DNA of 64,000 bases from the sequence record NC_061449.1; one strand, given 5' to 3'. A program made the position numbers and the translations under genes. Of the stretch, positions 9,990 to 18,924 are shown piece by piece (position 1 is the first letter of the stretch; each line of letters starts with the position of its first letter). Below the pieces are notes generated by a model. It did not search any database, was not told the origin of the DNA, and worked only from the letters and a program-made list of their open reading frames with translations.

Positions 9990-10532
9990 ATGACGGAAAA
10001 GATTACGCAGTTGGAGAAATGGTTTGATGCAGCGAAAGTCGCATTCAAGATGGGGACAGTCAACCCTGATGGTGATGCTGCGTTGCTGTTGGCAATCCAT
10101 AAACGTCTGGTGAAAGAAGCCGAAGATTCAGGTGACGAAGATACTGTGACCGCAGCTCGGGTAGATCTGGAGGAATTTCTTGCAGACCTGCGCAAAGAGC
10201 TTCGCATGTACGACCTGATCTGTCGTCGCTTCAACACTGACCTGTACCCGAACATCAAAGTCGGTGATGACGTCAAAATCTATATCGCACTCATGGCACA
10301 AACGCCGGGTAGTGCTGTAATGGCAATGACGTACCTGTATCTCGCTCGCTGCTACACGCTGCAAGACATGATTCTGAACTTTCTCCCGAACGGCTTCCCT
10401 GCTAACGATGCTCTTGGCCTTACGTGGAGCATTCAGAAAGGGAACAGTGATTCGTTTACCGGAAATCTGGTGGACGATATTGAAACTGTAAATAGCCTGT
10501 ACAATAAGATGTATAGCTCTGGAGATAAGTAA
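9990..10532 (+). CDS. hypothetical protein
   Basis: 180-aa ORF with GAGG RBS. Confidence 0.65.
   Translation: MTEKITQLEKWFDAAKVAFKMGTVNPDGDAALLLAIHKRLVKEAEDSGDEDTVTAARVDLEEFLADLRKELRMYDLICRRFNTDLYPNIKVGDDVKIYIALMAQTPGSAVMAMTYLYLARCYTLQDMILNFLPNGFPANDALGLTWSIQKGNSDSFTGNLVDDIETVNSLYNKMYSSGDK
10486..10494 (+). promoter_or_regulatory. CTGTAAATA motif
   Basis: Exact copy 37 nt upstream of ORF 10532. Confidence 0.55.
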
Positions 10533-11125
10533 TGGATTTGTCTGCTATCGGTTACGCCCCGAAGCAGTTTCGAGTAATTCCCGTCGAGAAGGGCAATCTC
10601 GTTACTGACTTCATTCAAGGTAAGTTTCGCGTTATCGGCGTTGAGTGCAACGCTCGCGGTGCTTACGGTAGTCCTATTCAAAAGAGTATTGCACGTCGCT
10701 TCCCGGAAGTTGTGCGCAAGGTCGAATCAATCGACTACGAACACGAACTGACAATCGGTAAGACGCACATGATCCGTGTCGGTACTCAATATCGCCGCAA
10801 TATGTTTGTTGCTAACATGCACATTGCTCGCGGTTTTGGTCTGGGTCTCAATGGATCTTCTGCTGGAGCCCACAAGCCCATCAATCGTTTCAGTGAGAAG
10901 TTCCTCACGCGGGCGTTTGAAGACTTGTTGGAGCAGTGCGATAAAGAGAATGTTGCACTTGACCGACAGATCGCTATTCAGCGTTTCTATGGCGGACTCG
11001 GCGGGGTTTCGTGGGAAGAAGTATGTGTGGTGCTCGACGCTATCTGCGAAAAGTATCAGTTCAACATGTACGCTTATCTCCCTCGTAACTACAACACTAA
11101 CTTTGTGCGGGGCGTTGCGCAATAA
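10532..11125 (+). CDS. macrodomain-like protein (Poa1p / phage type)
   Basis: KGNLVTDF…IGVECNARGAYGSPIQKSIARRFPE…YGGLGGVSWEEV, matching the macrodomain pattern GD/N-L…CN…G…IA…FP…GxGGxxW. Confidence 0.7.
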   Translation: MDLSAIGYAPKQFRVIPVEKGNLVTDFIQGKFRVIGVECNARGAYGSPIQKSIARRFPEVVRKVESIDYEHELTIGKTHMIRVGTQYRRNMFVANMHIARGFGLGLNGSSAGAHKPINRFSEKFLTRAFEDLLEQCDKENVALDRQIAIQRFYGGLGGVSWEEVCVVLDAICEKYQFNMYAYLPRNYNTNFVRGVAQ

Positions 11126-11140
11126 CTCTGGGGTGTATTG

Positions 11141-11482
11141 ATGAATACAATACGCGGATTTGATTGGCTCTTTTACGGAGATGGAACCGATAGTGGCCAA
11201 CACTCAATTTTAAGTATCGTCGTTGAACAAGCGACGAAATCAATACAGGTAGAAGTGAAGCCAGGATGCGCCGTACCTGTAATTCAAGCGATTCAGGAAA
11301 ACGAAGTCCTGTACGCTCAGGCAGATAACGGTCTGTATCGAGTTCGCTATAGCTGTTCGTTCCGCAATCTTGATGCTAACGTTTTCCCGAAAGACAAAAC
11401 AACCTTCCGTTTGAAACTCATTGCATGTGATTTTCTTGCGGGCGTAACAACGCACGATAAGATGTCGGAGTACGTGCCATGA
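11141..11482 (+). CDS. hypothetical protein
   Basis: ORF in tight array. Confidence 0.55.
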   Translation: MNTIRGFDWLFYGDGTDSGQHSILSIVVEQATKSIQVEVKPGCAVPVIQAIQENEVLYAQADNGLYRVRYSCSFRNLDANVFPKDKTTFRLKLIACDFLAGVTTHDKMSEYVP

Positions 11483-12240
11483 TTACTGTACAGAAAATTG
11501 AAGCCCGTTTAAAGAGACTGGACTATACTCGGCCCTCACCTAGTCGTGAGATGCTTGAGGGACTTATGAAAGATGGACGCACTCGCATTCTAAGCAAATC
11601 AGCTTCGAGTGACTTGTGCAAAGACTCGTTGGAATACTTCGAGTTCTGTCTTTCTCAGGTCGGCTCTTTCTGTACTGCTTCGTATAATGCTGTAGAGATT
11701 GGTCTTTCTCTCAACATTCAACCGATCTACATAGCTGCTGCAATTAATCTTTACGGCAGCGACTGGCAGTTCCGTTTCCTTGAGCTTAAACGCTTTGGTC
11801 AGTTAGCTAGGGGTGACTACTCTGTGTGGAAATCGGCTGGGACATGGTTCGGTTTGGGTGAGTGTCGTCGTCGTTTGGTACGCGCTGGTACAACATCTGA
11901 GATCTCAACCGGCCAGTCTATCCTGCGTATGGCAGTACGCAAAGGTGAGATGGACAAGATACGTCAGATTGCAGAAACGCATCCACATCGCATGATGTCC
12001 ATTTTGGATAGAAAATGCGAGCCTTTGTATACTGACCCACGTATCGTTGCGTCAAAGAAAGCGCGTGAGAAAGCAAAAGCTGATGCCGCCGCTGCTGGCA
12101 AAAAGTTGGCGGAACCTCGCGCGTACAATGATCTAGCTGCTGTGTTCAACGGTCCTATTACACCGCCAGATAAGACGCGTGGCTTTAGTGATTCCTCGGA
12201 AACACGAGGCACTGTTAGCGGTCGTCGTTTTCGTGTTTAA
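11479..12240 (+). CDS. hypothetical protein
   Basis: 253-aa coupled ORF. Confidence 0.65.
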   Translation: MITVQKIEARLKRLDYTRPSPSREMLEGLMKDGRTRILSKSASSDLCKDSLEYFEFCLSQVGSFCTASYNAVEIGLSLNIQPIYIAAAINLYGSDWQFRFLELKRFGQLARGDYSVWKSAGTWFGLGECRRRLVRAGTTSEISTGQSILRMAVRKGEMDKIRQIAETHPHRMMSILDRKCEPLYTDPRIVASKKAREKAKADAAAAGKKLAEPRAYNDLAAVFNGPITPPDKTRGFSDSSETRGTVSGRRFRV

Positions 12241-12250
12241 GGAAAAAATA

Positions 12251-12634
12251 ATGGATAAGAAGTTAATCAGTACCCTCGTAAACAGTCTAAGTTCAGAGCC
12301 GCGTGGTCTTGCTGGAAAGTATGCAGACAAATCTGTTGGTCAGATCGCCAAAGAAGAAATTGGCATCTCGTTTATCGTAAATAACGCATTTGCCATGGAG
12401 CATCTTCTCTGGATGCCTGACCTTGAAGACAAATGGTTTGTACCTACAGAATCTCTCAACGATCTGTCTGCTGGTCTTATCGGTCATGTGGGTGCCGTGC
12501 CTGTCTATAGTGACTGGTATTATGGCCGCCCTGAGGACCGTATGCGTCCTTGCGATAAAATCCCGCGCGTCGGTGTTGTTCAAAATAACACGAACGAAAT
12601 TTTCCTGCTTACTGTCGAGCAATTTCGTCAGTAA
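12251..12634 (+). CDS. hypothetical protein
   Basis: ATG after AAGGA RBS, in frame with track ORF 12179..12634. Confidence 0.6.
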   Translation: MDKKLISTLVNSLSSEPRGLAGKYADKSVGQIAKEEIGISFIVNNAFAMEHLLWMPDLEDKWFVPTESLNDLSAGLIGHVGAVPVYSDWYYGRPEDRMRPCDKIPRVGVVQNNTNEIFLLTVEQFRQ

Positions 12635-12685
12635 AGGCTGCGAACGGTAATTTCGAGCGTCAAAACAAATAACGGAAATCTAATC

Positions 12686-13456
12686 ATGAGCAACGTTGAT
12701 AAAACAATGCCAGAAGGTCGCTGGGAGTTCAATGAGCCAGTTGCTGCTGTGTTCGATAACATGCTGCAAAACTCAATTCCTTCCTATGATCGTATGCGCG
12801 ATCTGACCTATCGTCTCGGTCGCCAGTTCGTAACTCCTGGTTCAGCTATCGTTGACCTGGGCGCTTCACTCGGCCGTGCTATCGAACCGTTCTGTGCTGA
12901 GTTCGGCGAGTACATGTATCTTCACGCTGCTGATCGTCCTGAGCCTGATCGTGAAGTTGGCAACATGTATTGCTGCTACGAGGTCGCGCCAGCAATGCTG
13001 GAGCGTCTGCGTGAAAACCCTGTGCTGAAAACGGCTAAAGCGAAAATCAGTAGCGAGTCGCTGGTGGAAGTAGACACGTTCCGCTTCGGCGAGCAGGTAG
13101 AGTGTTCGCTCATTCTGTCTGTGCTTACTCTCCAGTTCACGCCGATTGAGCACCGTCAGCACATTTTGGAGAAAGTGTACGACTCGTTGCAGAAAGGCGG
13201 TGCGTTCATTCTCGTTGAGAAAGTGTTGGGTGACGACAACTTCCTCGACCGTCTGCTTGTTGATACTTACTACGGCATGAAGGGCGACAACGGTTATTCG
13301 CAAGAGAGCATTGCGACGAAACGCAAAGCGCTTGAAGGTGTACTCGTACCTGTCAAGGCCGCGTGGAACGAAGAACTGCTGCGCAAAGCAGGCTTCGACC
13401 GCGTTGAATGTTTCTACCGCGATCTTAACTTCGCCGGATGGATCGCAATTAAGTAA
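12686..13456 (+). CDS. cmoA: carboxy-S-adenosyl-L-methionine synthase (CmoA family)
   Basis: WEFNEPVAAVFDNMLQNSIPSY, DLGASLG, TLQF, LVEK, NGYSQESIATKRKALEGV parallel E. coli CmoA ([51 protein letters not shown]), including the Arg199 equivalent. Confidence 0.9.
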   Translation: MSNVDKTMPEGRWEFNEPVAAVFDNMLQNSIPSYDRMRDLTYRLGRQFVTPGSAIVDLGASLGRAIEPFCAEFGEYMYLHAADRPEPDREVGNMYCCYEVAPAMLERLRENPVLKTAKAKISSESLVEVDTFRFGEQVECSLILSVLTLQFTPIEHRQHILEKVYDSLQKGGAFILVEKVLGDDNFLDRLLVDTYYGMKGDNGYSQESIATKRKALEGVLVPVKAAWNEELLRKAGFDRVECFYRDLNFAGWIAIK

Positions 13457-13463
13457 GGGAAGT

Positions 13464-14729
13464 ATGATGAAAGTAAACGGGCGTATCTTAGCAATCGTGC
13501 CACACAAGACCCTCCAGGACAGGACTAAGTCTGGTGTTGGTGCGTACATTGATGGACTTGAAGCGTACGGCTTCTGCGACTTCATCACTGACGGTGAAAA
13601 CAGCTCTGTCACCAAGAGCCTGTGGTTTAACTACGGTGATACCACTCTAAGCGACGGTTACAAAGTTGGTCACATCCAGAGTGCTCTGCTTGAAGCGCTC
13701 GACCGCATTCCGTATCGTGCAATTATTTGTAGCACCTACGAAGCTGTCGAAGCTGCTGTCGGTCTTGGTCTGCCTAAGATTATGCCCGTTTACTATCGTT
13801 CACACAACAGCTTCCTGTTAACGCAGGACCTGAATGGGCTTGGTGCTGAGAAGATGCACCGTGCGTTGCTGCAAGCGCCTGTGACTGGTCTGCGCATCTT
13901 AGCGAACTGTGATTCAACTGCGCGTGTGCTGTCTGAGATTTATAAAACTGAGGCTGCTGTCGCGTATAACGCATTCAGTGTATCTGACTACAATCCACCT
14001 GCGAAACGTAAACCTTCGCTGTTGATTATCTGTCGCTACGAAAAGGTTAAGCGTCCTGCGTTTGCTGCGCGTATCGCTGCTGCGTCTGGCTTACCTGTTC
14101 GTGTTATGACCGGCTCTGATCGTCAGGTCAAAAGCTGGGAGAAAGAGCTTGCTGATGCAGGCGTAAAAGATTACCAAGTCGTCAGTGGTTTGTCTGGTGA
14201 CGAGAAGATGGCGTTCATCGGACAATGTACCGTAGCGCTGTCATGTGCCGAAGTAGAGTCATTCGCTAACGGTGTGCGTGAGACTATCCCGTACTGCCCG
14301 ACGTTCGTTGTGCAAACTTCTAAGTACGATTGGGCGCGAGACTATACGCGCTTCTGCTCTGAGAACAAGCACATCCACATTCGCACTGTTGATCGTGTGA
14401 CTGCGAAAGAGGTGGAAGAACTGGGCAATGAGATTGCTTACTGGGCCCGCACCAAGTATCTGACTAAAGCTGAACGCGTTACGCTGCTGACCGAATGGTG
14501 CAAGCGCGTGGACAAAGGCTGGGCCGACTTCATGAAGAATGCAGTCGTGCCTGATGACGGCAAGCCGATGAAGACCGACCTGTCGAAAGAACTCGAAGAA
14601 AAAGGCGTAGTAGATTGGTCGAAGACGCAGACGTTAATGCGTACTGTAAAAGCTATACACAAGTGTCATGCTCGTATGGGCTTGACGTTCGATGGCACCA
14701 AAATCAAAACGAAAGGGAGGAAGAAATGA
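13464..14729 (+). CDS. GT-B fold glycosyltransferase (GT4-like)
   Basis: N-terminal SGVGAY, LLIICRYEKVKRP (R…K donor-binding pattern), ESFANGVRE (E-x7-E motif). Confidence 0.75.
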   Translation: MMKVNGRILAIVPHKTLQDRTKSGVGAYIDGLEAYGFCDFITDGENSSVTKSLWFNYGDTTLSDGYKVGHIQSALLEALDRIPYRAIICSTYEAVEAAVGLGLPKIMPVYYRSHNSFLLTQDLNGLGAEKMHRALLQAPVTGLRILANCDSTARVLSEIYKTEAAVAYNAFSVSDYNPPAKRKPSLLIICRYEKVKRPAFAARIAAASGLPVRVMTGSDRQVKSWEKELADAGVKDYQVVSGLSGDEKMAFIGQCTVALSCAEVESFANGVRETIPYCPTFVVQTSKYDWARDYTRFCSENKHIHIRTVDRVTAKEVEELGNEIAYWARTKYLTKAERVTLLTEWCKRVDKGWADFMKNAVVPDDGKPMKTDLSKELEEKGVVDWSKTQTLMRTVKAIHKCHARMGLTFDGTKIKTKGRKK

Positions 14730-15757
14730 GCGTGATTGGTGATATCTATAATATTCCGCAACCGTACGCGATGTTCTGTGGTAACGCCACGACGAAAGCA
14801 ATGGCGAAGATCACTGCCGGTATGGTTGAGTGGGCGTCAGAGAAAGTCTGCTGTGTAGTTGACGATGCTAATAACCTGTTCCCTGAAATGCCTCACGTTG
14901 AAATTCGTGACCTCAATAAGACCGATGCAGAAACTCTGGTCATCGGGTTTGCGCCTTTTGGCGGTCAGATTAACGAAGACATTGATCGCGCTATCTGCGA
15001 AGCATTGAAGCGTGGCCTGAACGTTGCTGCTGCTCTGCACGTCAAGCTGTCTGACAATCCTAAATACTTCGCTCTAGCTCGTGAGCATGGGGTATCGCTG
15101 TATGACTTCCGCCACCACCCTGAGCAATATCCTCTGGGCACTGGTCTTCCTCGTGCCGGTGTTCGTGTTCTTACTGTTGGTACTGACTGTTCGTGCGGTA
15201 AGAAATTTACTGCACTCGCACTGACTAAGAAGCTGACCGAGCTGAAACAGAAAGCTGTGTTCTGTGCTACCGGTCAAACTGGTTTTCTGATTAGCGGTCG
15301 CGGCATCAACAACGACACTGTGGTCGCTGACTTCCTTGCTGGTGCTGCTGAGTGGCTGTCACCTGCTGACGAAGAAGCTATCTATCTGATTGAAGGTCAA
15401 GGTGCGTTACGCCATCCGGCGTACACTGGTGGCAGCATGAGTCTGATTGCTGGCTCCCAGCCCGACGCTATCGTTGTCTGCCACACTGTTGGCCGTAACT
15501 TCATGATGAACACCGAGCGCGAGATCAACATCGTTGACGAGATCTCTGCTAATCTCGCTGCTGCCGCAATGCACGACTGGTACCCGAAAGTCGTCGGTAT
15601 CAGTATCAACTTCTGCGAAGTGAAGATGACGAAGAAAGAGCGCGAAGTATATTTGCGTAATCTTTCTAAAAGCAGTGGTTACGTGGCGTTTGACCCACAA
15701 GCTGGCGGTGAAGAGTTTGACCGTGTTGCGCACTACATCACGACGCTCAAACGCTGA
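14726..15757 (+). CDS. DUF1611 family protein (DgcN-like, P-loop)
   Basis: VLTVGTDCSCGKKFTALAL, ATGQTGFLI, DFLAGAAEWL, IEGQGALRHPAY, GSQPDAIVVCH; ATGA overlap with the GT gene. Confidence 0.85.
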   Translation: MSVIGDIYNIPQPYAMFCGNATTKAMAKITAGMVEWASEKVCCVVDDANNLFPEMPHVEIRDLNKTDAETLVIGFAPFGGQINEDIDRAICEALKRGLNVAAALHVKLSDNPKYFALAREHGVSLYDFRHHPEQYPLGTGLPRAGVRVLTVGTDCSCGKKFTALALTKKLTELKQKAVFCATGQTGFLISGRGINNDTVVADFLAGAAEWLSPADEEAIYLIEGQGALRHPAYTGGSMSLIAGSQPDAIVVCHTVGRNFMMNTEREINIVDEISANLAAAAMHDWYPKVVGISINFCEVKMTKKEREVYLRNLSKSSGYVAFDPQAGGEEFDRVAHYITTLKR

Positions 15758-16701
15758 TGAAAGTCTTAATCGACAATGCCGCGTTAGCGAGTAATGCGGC
15801 CTATTTAAAATCACTCGCTCCGTCCATGATTCCGGTTGTGAAAGGTAATTTCTACGGTCATGGTTTAGATTGTGTGAGAGCATTCTCCTTAGGGTTTGAG
15901 GTGCTCGCTGTCCATAGCGACCGCGAAGCACTTGCGCTGCGTGAACTCGAACTCGACCACACGCTGTTAATTCTCGGCGGTGTATACGGTCGCATGTGGA
16001 ATACAGTGCCTGTTCTGAACGCAAAGCAAGTCGGCAAGTATGAAGGACGATACGCTGTGTTTGCTGATTGGGGCTGTCGTCGCATCAACGTCAAGCCCGA
16101 AGATCTCACGCACCCACCCGCGTTGATTCTTGTTCACTCGGATGACTATCGTGTGCCTGTGTCTGAGTACGACGCTAATGAGATCGCACAACGCTACAAC
16201 GTGCCACTGTCTATGCTGTCTGTAGGCTCAAGCATGAACGTGCTCGATCAATATTCACCGAAGTTGAAACCTCGTGTCGGTATGGCAATTACCGGATATA
16301 GTAGCGATGAAACTGTGAACGGTAATTTGTGTGTAGCGAAGACAGTGCTTGCTCGTACCTGCGATAAGCTGGATGCGGGTCGAGTATTCGGTTACGGTGC
16401 GTTGGTGCCTAACAGCGCAGACAAGTTCCTGTACTCGATTGATGTTGGTTATTACGATAACCTGTATCAGTCCAACAAGAACACACCTGTGTATTGTCCT
16501 GATGCACCACATGCACAGGTCACGCTTCTCACAGGCGTTGCCAACGCAATCAGCATGAACCATGCCTTCGTATTGTCAGATATCGAGCTACCGTTTGACT
16601 CTGAGATTGAAATACTCGGACCTAACGTTCGCGCAGACTATCTGGCTAAACTCCACGGAACAACAACTGCGAATATTTTAAGGCTGGGTAATCATGGCTA
16701 A
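15757..16701 (+). CDS. alr: PLP-dependent amino-acid racemase (alanine racemase family)
   Basis: PVVKGNFYGHG (PLP Lys), EALALR, FGYGA (catalytic Tyr), GYYDN, ISMNH. Confidence 0.85.
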   Translation: MKVLIDNAALASNAAYLKSLAPSMIPVVKGNFYGHGLDCVRAFSLGFEVLAVHSDREALALRELELDHTLLILGGVYGRMWNTVPVLNAKQVGKYEGRYAVFADWGCRRINVKPEDLTHPPALILVHSDDYRVPVSEYDANEIAQRYNVPLSMLSVGSSMNVLDQYSPKLKPRVGMAITGYSSDETVNGNLCVAKTVLARTCDKLDAGRVFGYGALVPNSADKFLYSIDVGYYDNLYQSNKNTPVYCPDAPHAQVTLLTGVANAISMNHAFVLSDIELPFDSEIEILGPNVRADYLAKLHGTTTANILRLGNHG

Positions 16702-17563
16702 ACACGTTTTGCGCAAGCTGTTTGAACAGCACGTTAAAGCAGAGGTCAAAGATGACAAGGTGGCAGTGCTGCTGTCCAGTGGTCTTGACGGACTTGTTAG
16801 CGGGCTTGCTGCCCATGACTTAGGAAAGAAGGTACACGCCTTTACTTTCCAAATGGGCGACAACGAAAGTTTCGACAGCAAACACGCACGTAAAGTCGCA
16901 GAGAAGATGGGATGGGAGTTCACGCTTGTGAAAGTCCCTACGTCTGACAGCGCTATCGTACAGGGTTGGAAAGCGCTTCACGCGAAGTACCGTTGCGTTA
17001 AGAAGCGCGACTATGAGTGCGCATATCCTATGGTGTATTGCTACAAGGCAATCAAGGATGCAGGTTACAAGTATGTACTGAGCGGCCTTGTCGCTGATGC
17101 CTACTTCTGTTTTGCGCGTAACACTCACATCGCTAAAATCAGCGGACCGCACAGCGTACTCGAAAAGTTCGACGAGTACCGCAAAGCATATTGGGCACCG
17201 TGGTTCAAGAGCGGTAAGAAGTCTCTCGGCGTTGATGGATATAACCCTAGCGGTATGCTGCAACACGAAATGCTGTGCGACTCTTTCGGTCTGACGCACG
17301 TTAACCCGTGGCTGATAAAGAAAGTCCATGACTACTTCATTGGTCGTTCATGGCAAGAACTAAATCAACCCAAGCAGAAAATGCCAATAACAGAAGCATG
17401 GGCTGATCACATCGCGGTTGTAGGCCATCGCCCGCATCGCGGTTATCAAACAGAAGCTGGAGTACCTGCGTACTTCGAACGCTTACTGGATAATCCTGAG
17501 ATCAACTTCAACGGTCGCAAGCGTGTTATGGACCTTGCCCGTGATTGGTCAACGAGGACTTAA
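16694..17563 (+). CDS. asparagine-synthetase-like ATP-dependent amide ligase (synthetase domain only)
   Basis: VAVLLSSGLDG PP-loop, HAFTF…DSKHARKVAEKMG, YVLSGLVADAYF (cf. VLSGEGADELF); no N-terminal glutaminase domain. Confidence 0.8.
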   Translation: MAKHVLRKLFEQHVKAEVKDDKVAVLLSSGLDGLVSGLAAHDLGKKVHAFTFQMGDNESFDSKHARKVAEKMGWEFTLVKVPTSDSAIVQGWKALHAKYRCVKKRDYECAYPMVYCYKAIKDAGYKYVLSGLVADAYFCFARNTHIAKISGPHSVLEKFDEYRKAYWAPWFKSGKKSLGVDGYNPSGMLQHEMLCDSFGLTHVNPWLIKKVHDYFIGRSWQELNQPKQKMPITEAWADHIAVVGHRPHRGYQTEAGVPAYFERLLDNPEINFNGRKRVMDLARDWSTRT

Positions 17564-17564
17564 C

Positions 17565-18185
17565 ATGTTAGTACACATCATTGACGGAAACGTGGGCGGT
17601 AACTATGTGTTCCACAAGCTGCAAGAGTCTGGTATCAACGCGCGTGTCCATGCGCCTAGTGACCCACGCCGCCGTGCAGTAGCAGCAACCTACCCTTCGC
17701 TGTCTATGGGATTTACTCCCGAAGAGATCGAGAAGCATATCGGTAATGTGCTTGGCACCTATCGAGGCCTGTTCTTGATTAGCAGTTATGTAGGTTCGCT
17801 GGTGGCTCGTAGCATGATTGACCAGTGTGGTCAGAGTCATAACATCATTTATTGCGATGATCTACAGTGTGGGTCTATGCCTGTTGTTGCTTCCTCAATT
17901 TCTGTAAATGTATATCAGAAGCAACGACGACTCGGACGTATTGCAGGTAGACTCAAACACTTCGACCTCGACCACGAATTTATTATCGCTGATAAATCAG
18001 TGCGATTTGCGTCAGGTTCAGAGTTTGATGAACACGGCGCGCGTGAAGAACTGGACGATACGCCTAAGTTTCTATCGAGTCCGTCAATGATTGTTGCTGC
18101 ACACAAACTCGGTGTGAAGCGCAGCATGTATCACAACTATGCAGGTCTGGTGCGAGAGTTCCTTGAAAAGCGCCAGCAGCAATAA
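17565..18185 (+). CDS. hypothetical protein, possibly degenerate Asp/Glu racemase (MurI) fold
   Basis: N-terminus HIIDGNVGGNYV resembles MurI IFDSGVGGLSV; the canonical catalytic CNT is not present (ISSYVGS instead). Confidence 0.55.
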   Translation: MLVHIIDGNVGGNYVFHKLQESGINARVHAPSDPRRRAVAATYPSLSMGFTPEEIEKHIGNVLGTYRGLFLISSYVGSLVARSMIDQCGQSHNIIYCDDLQCGSMPVVASSISVNVYQKQRRLGRIAGRLKHFDLDHEFIIADKSVRFASGSEFDEHGAREELDDTPKFLSSPSMIVAAHKLGVKRSMYHNYAGLVREFLEKRQQQ

Positions 18186-18197
18186 CGCGAGGGCACG

Positions 18198-18461
18198 ATG
18201 ATTAATCGCTTTCAGTTAAAACGAGTTCCAGTGATTGAAGCCTGTCAGTGGAACGGTGAGAACGTTGAGGAGATGAATGAGTTTCTCAACGGCAGCGGTT
18301 ACGTTGTAGGGCGTTACGTTCAAATCGGTATGACGGACCAGTACGGCAAGCCTACTCTTGCGAACGTGGCAGTTGGCAACTATGCAATAAAACACGAAGA
18401 TGGTAAGTTCGATGCAATCACAGCATCCGAGCTGCACACCAACTACGTGTTGGCAGATTGA
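18198..18461 (+). CDS. small conserved phage-type protein
   Basis: VIEACQWNGENVEEM…GNYAIKHEDGKF pattern common in phage small proteins. Confidence 0.65.
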   Translation: MINRFQLKRVPVIEACQWNGENVEEMNEFLNGSGYVVGRYVQIGMTDQYGKPTLANVAVGNYAIKHEDGKFDAITASELHTNYVLAD

Positions 18462-18468
18462 GGGCACG

Positions 18469-18924
18469 ATGAACCTGTTTTCTATTTTAAAGCAGCAAGT
18501 GAAGAAAGCGCTATCAACCGAAGCGAACCACGAGCCTGAGATTCGCTCTCTGTTCGACTGGCGTTACTCTGTGGAAATCAAAGGCCAGATGTATATCGTC
18601 GGTAAGACTGGCGCTAACACCTGCTTCTATATCGAGCCAGGTACTTCTGAGCCTATCGCTTGTTACCCTGATGCGTTACTCGAAAAGATCGACGAGTGGG
18701 GAGCGAGCAAGTACGTGTCGTATTCGATCTTCTTCAAACGCTTCGATAGCCCTGTTGCTGAGAACATCAAAACTCTCGAAAAGGCAATGAGCGGCAAACC
18801 GAAGACCTTTAAGAAAGGCTACTTCATCTGTGGTGTGACACCGAAAGGCAAGCGTGAGAAACTCTATCGCTTGCAGCAAGGTCTGTCAGGTATGCAGTGG
18901 GTAGCTGTGGAGAAACAAGCATGA
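18469..18924 (+). CDS. hypothetical protein
   Basis: ATG after GAGGG RBS. Confidence 0.6.
   Translation: MNLFSILKQQVKKALSTEANHEPEIRSLFDWRYSVEIKGQMYIVGKTGANTCFYIEPGTSEPIACYPDALLEKIDEWGASKYVSYSIFFKRFDSPVAENIKTLEKAMSGKPKTFKKGYFICGVTPKGKREKLYRLQQGLSGMQWVAVEKQA

Noticed and set aside
12866-13615. Long antisense ORFs (for example 12866..13615, 28318..29163, 40829..41467, 60690..61436)
   Set aside because: They shadow well-supported genes on the opposite strand, have no RBS or recognisable motifs, and are expected from codon bias
12686-17563. Host chromosomal contamination (cmoA, alr and asnB are typical bacterial genes)
   Set aside because: The genes are divergent or truncated relative to bacterial orthologues, translationally coupled to phage-type ORFs, and share the surrounding codon style
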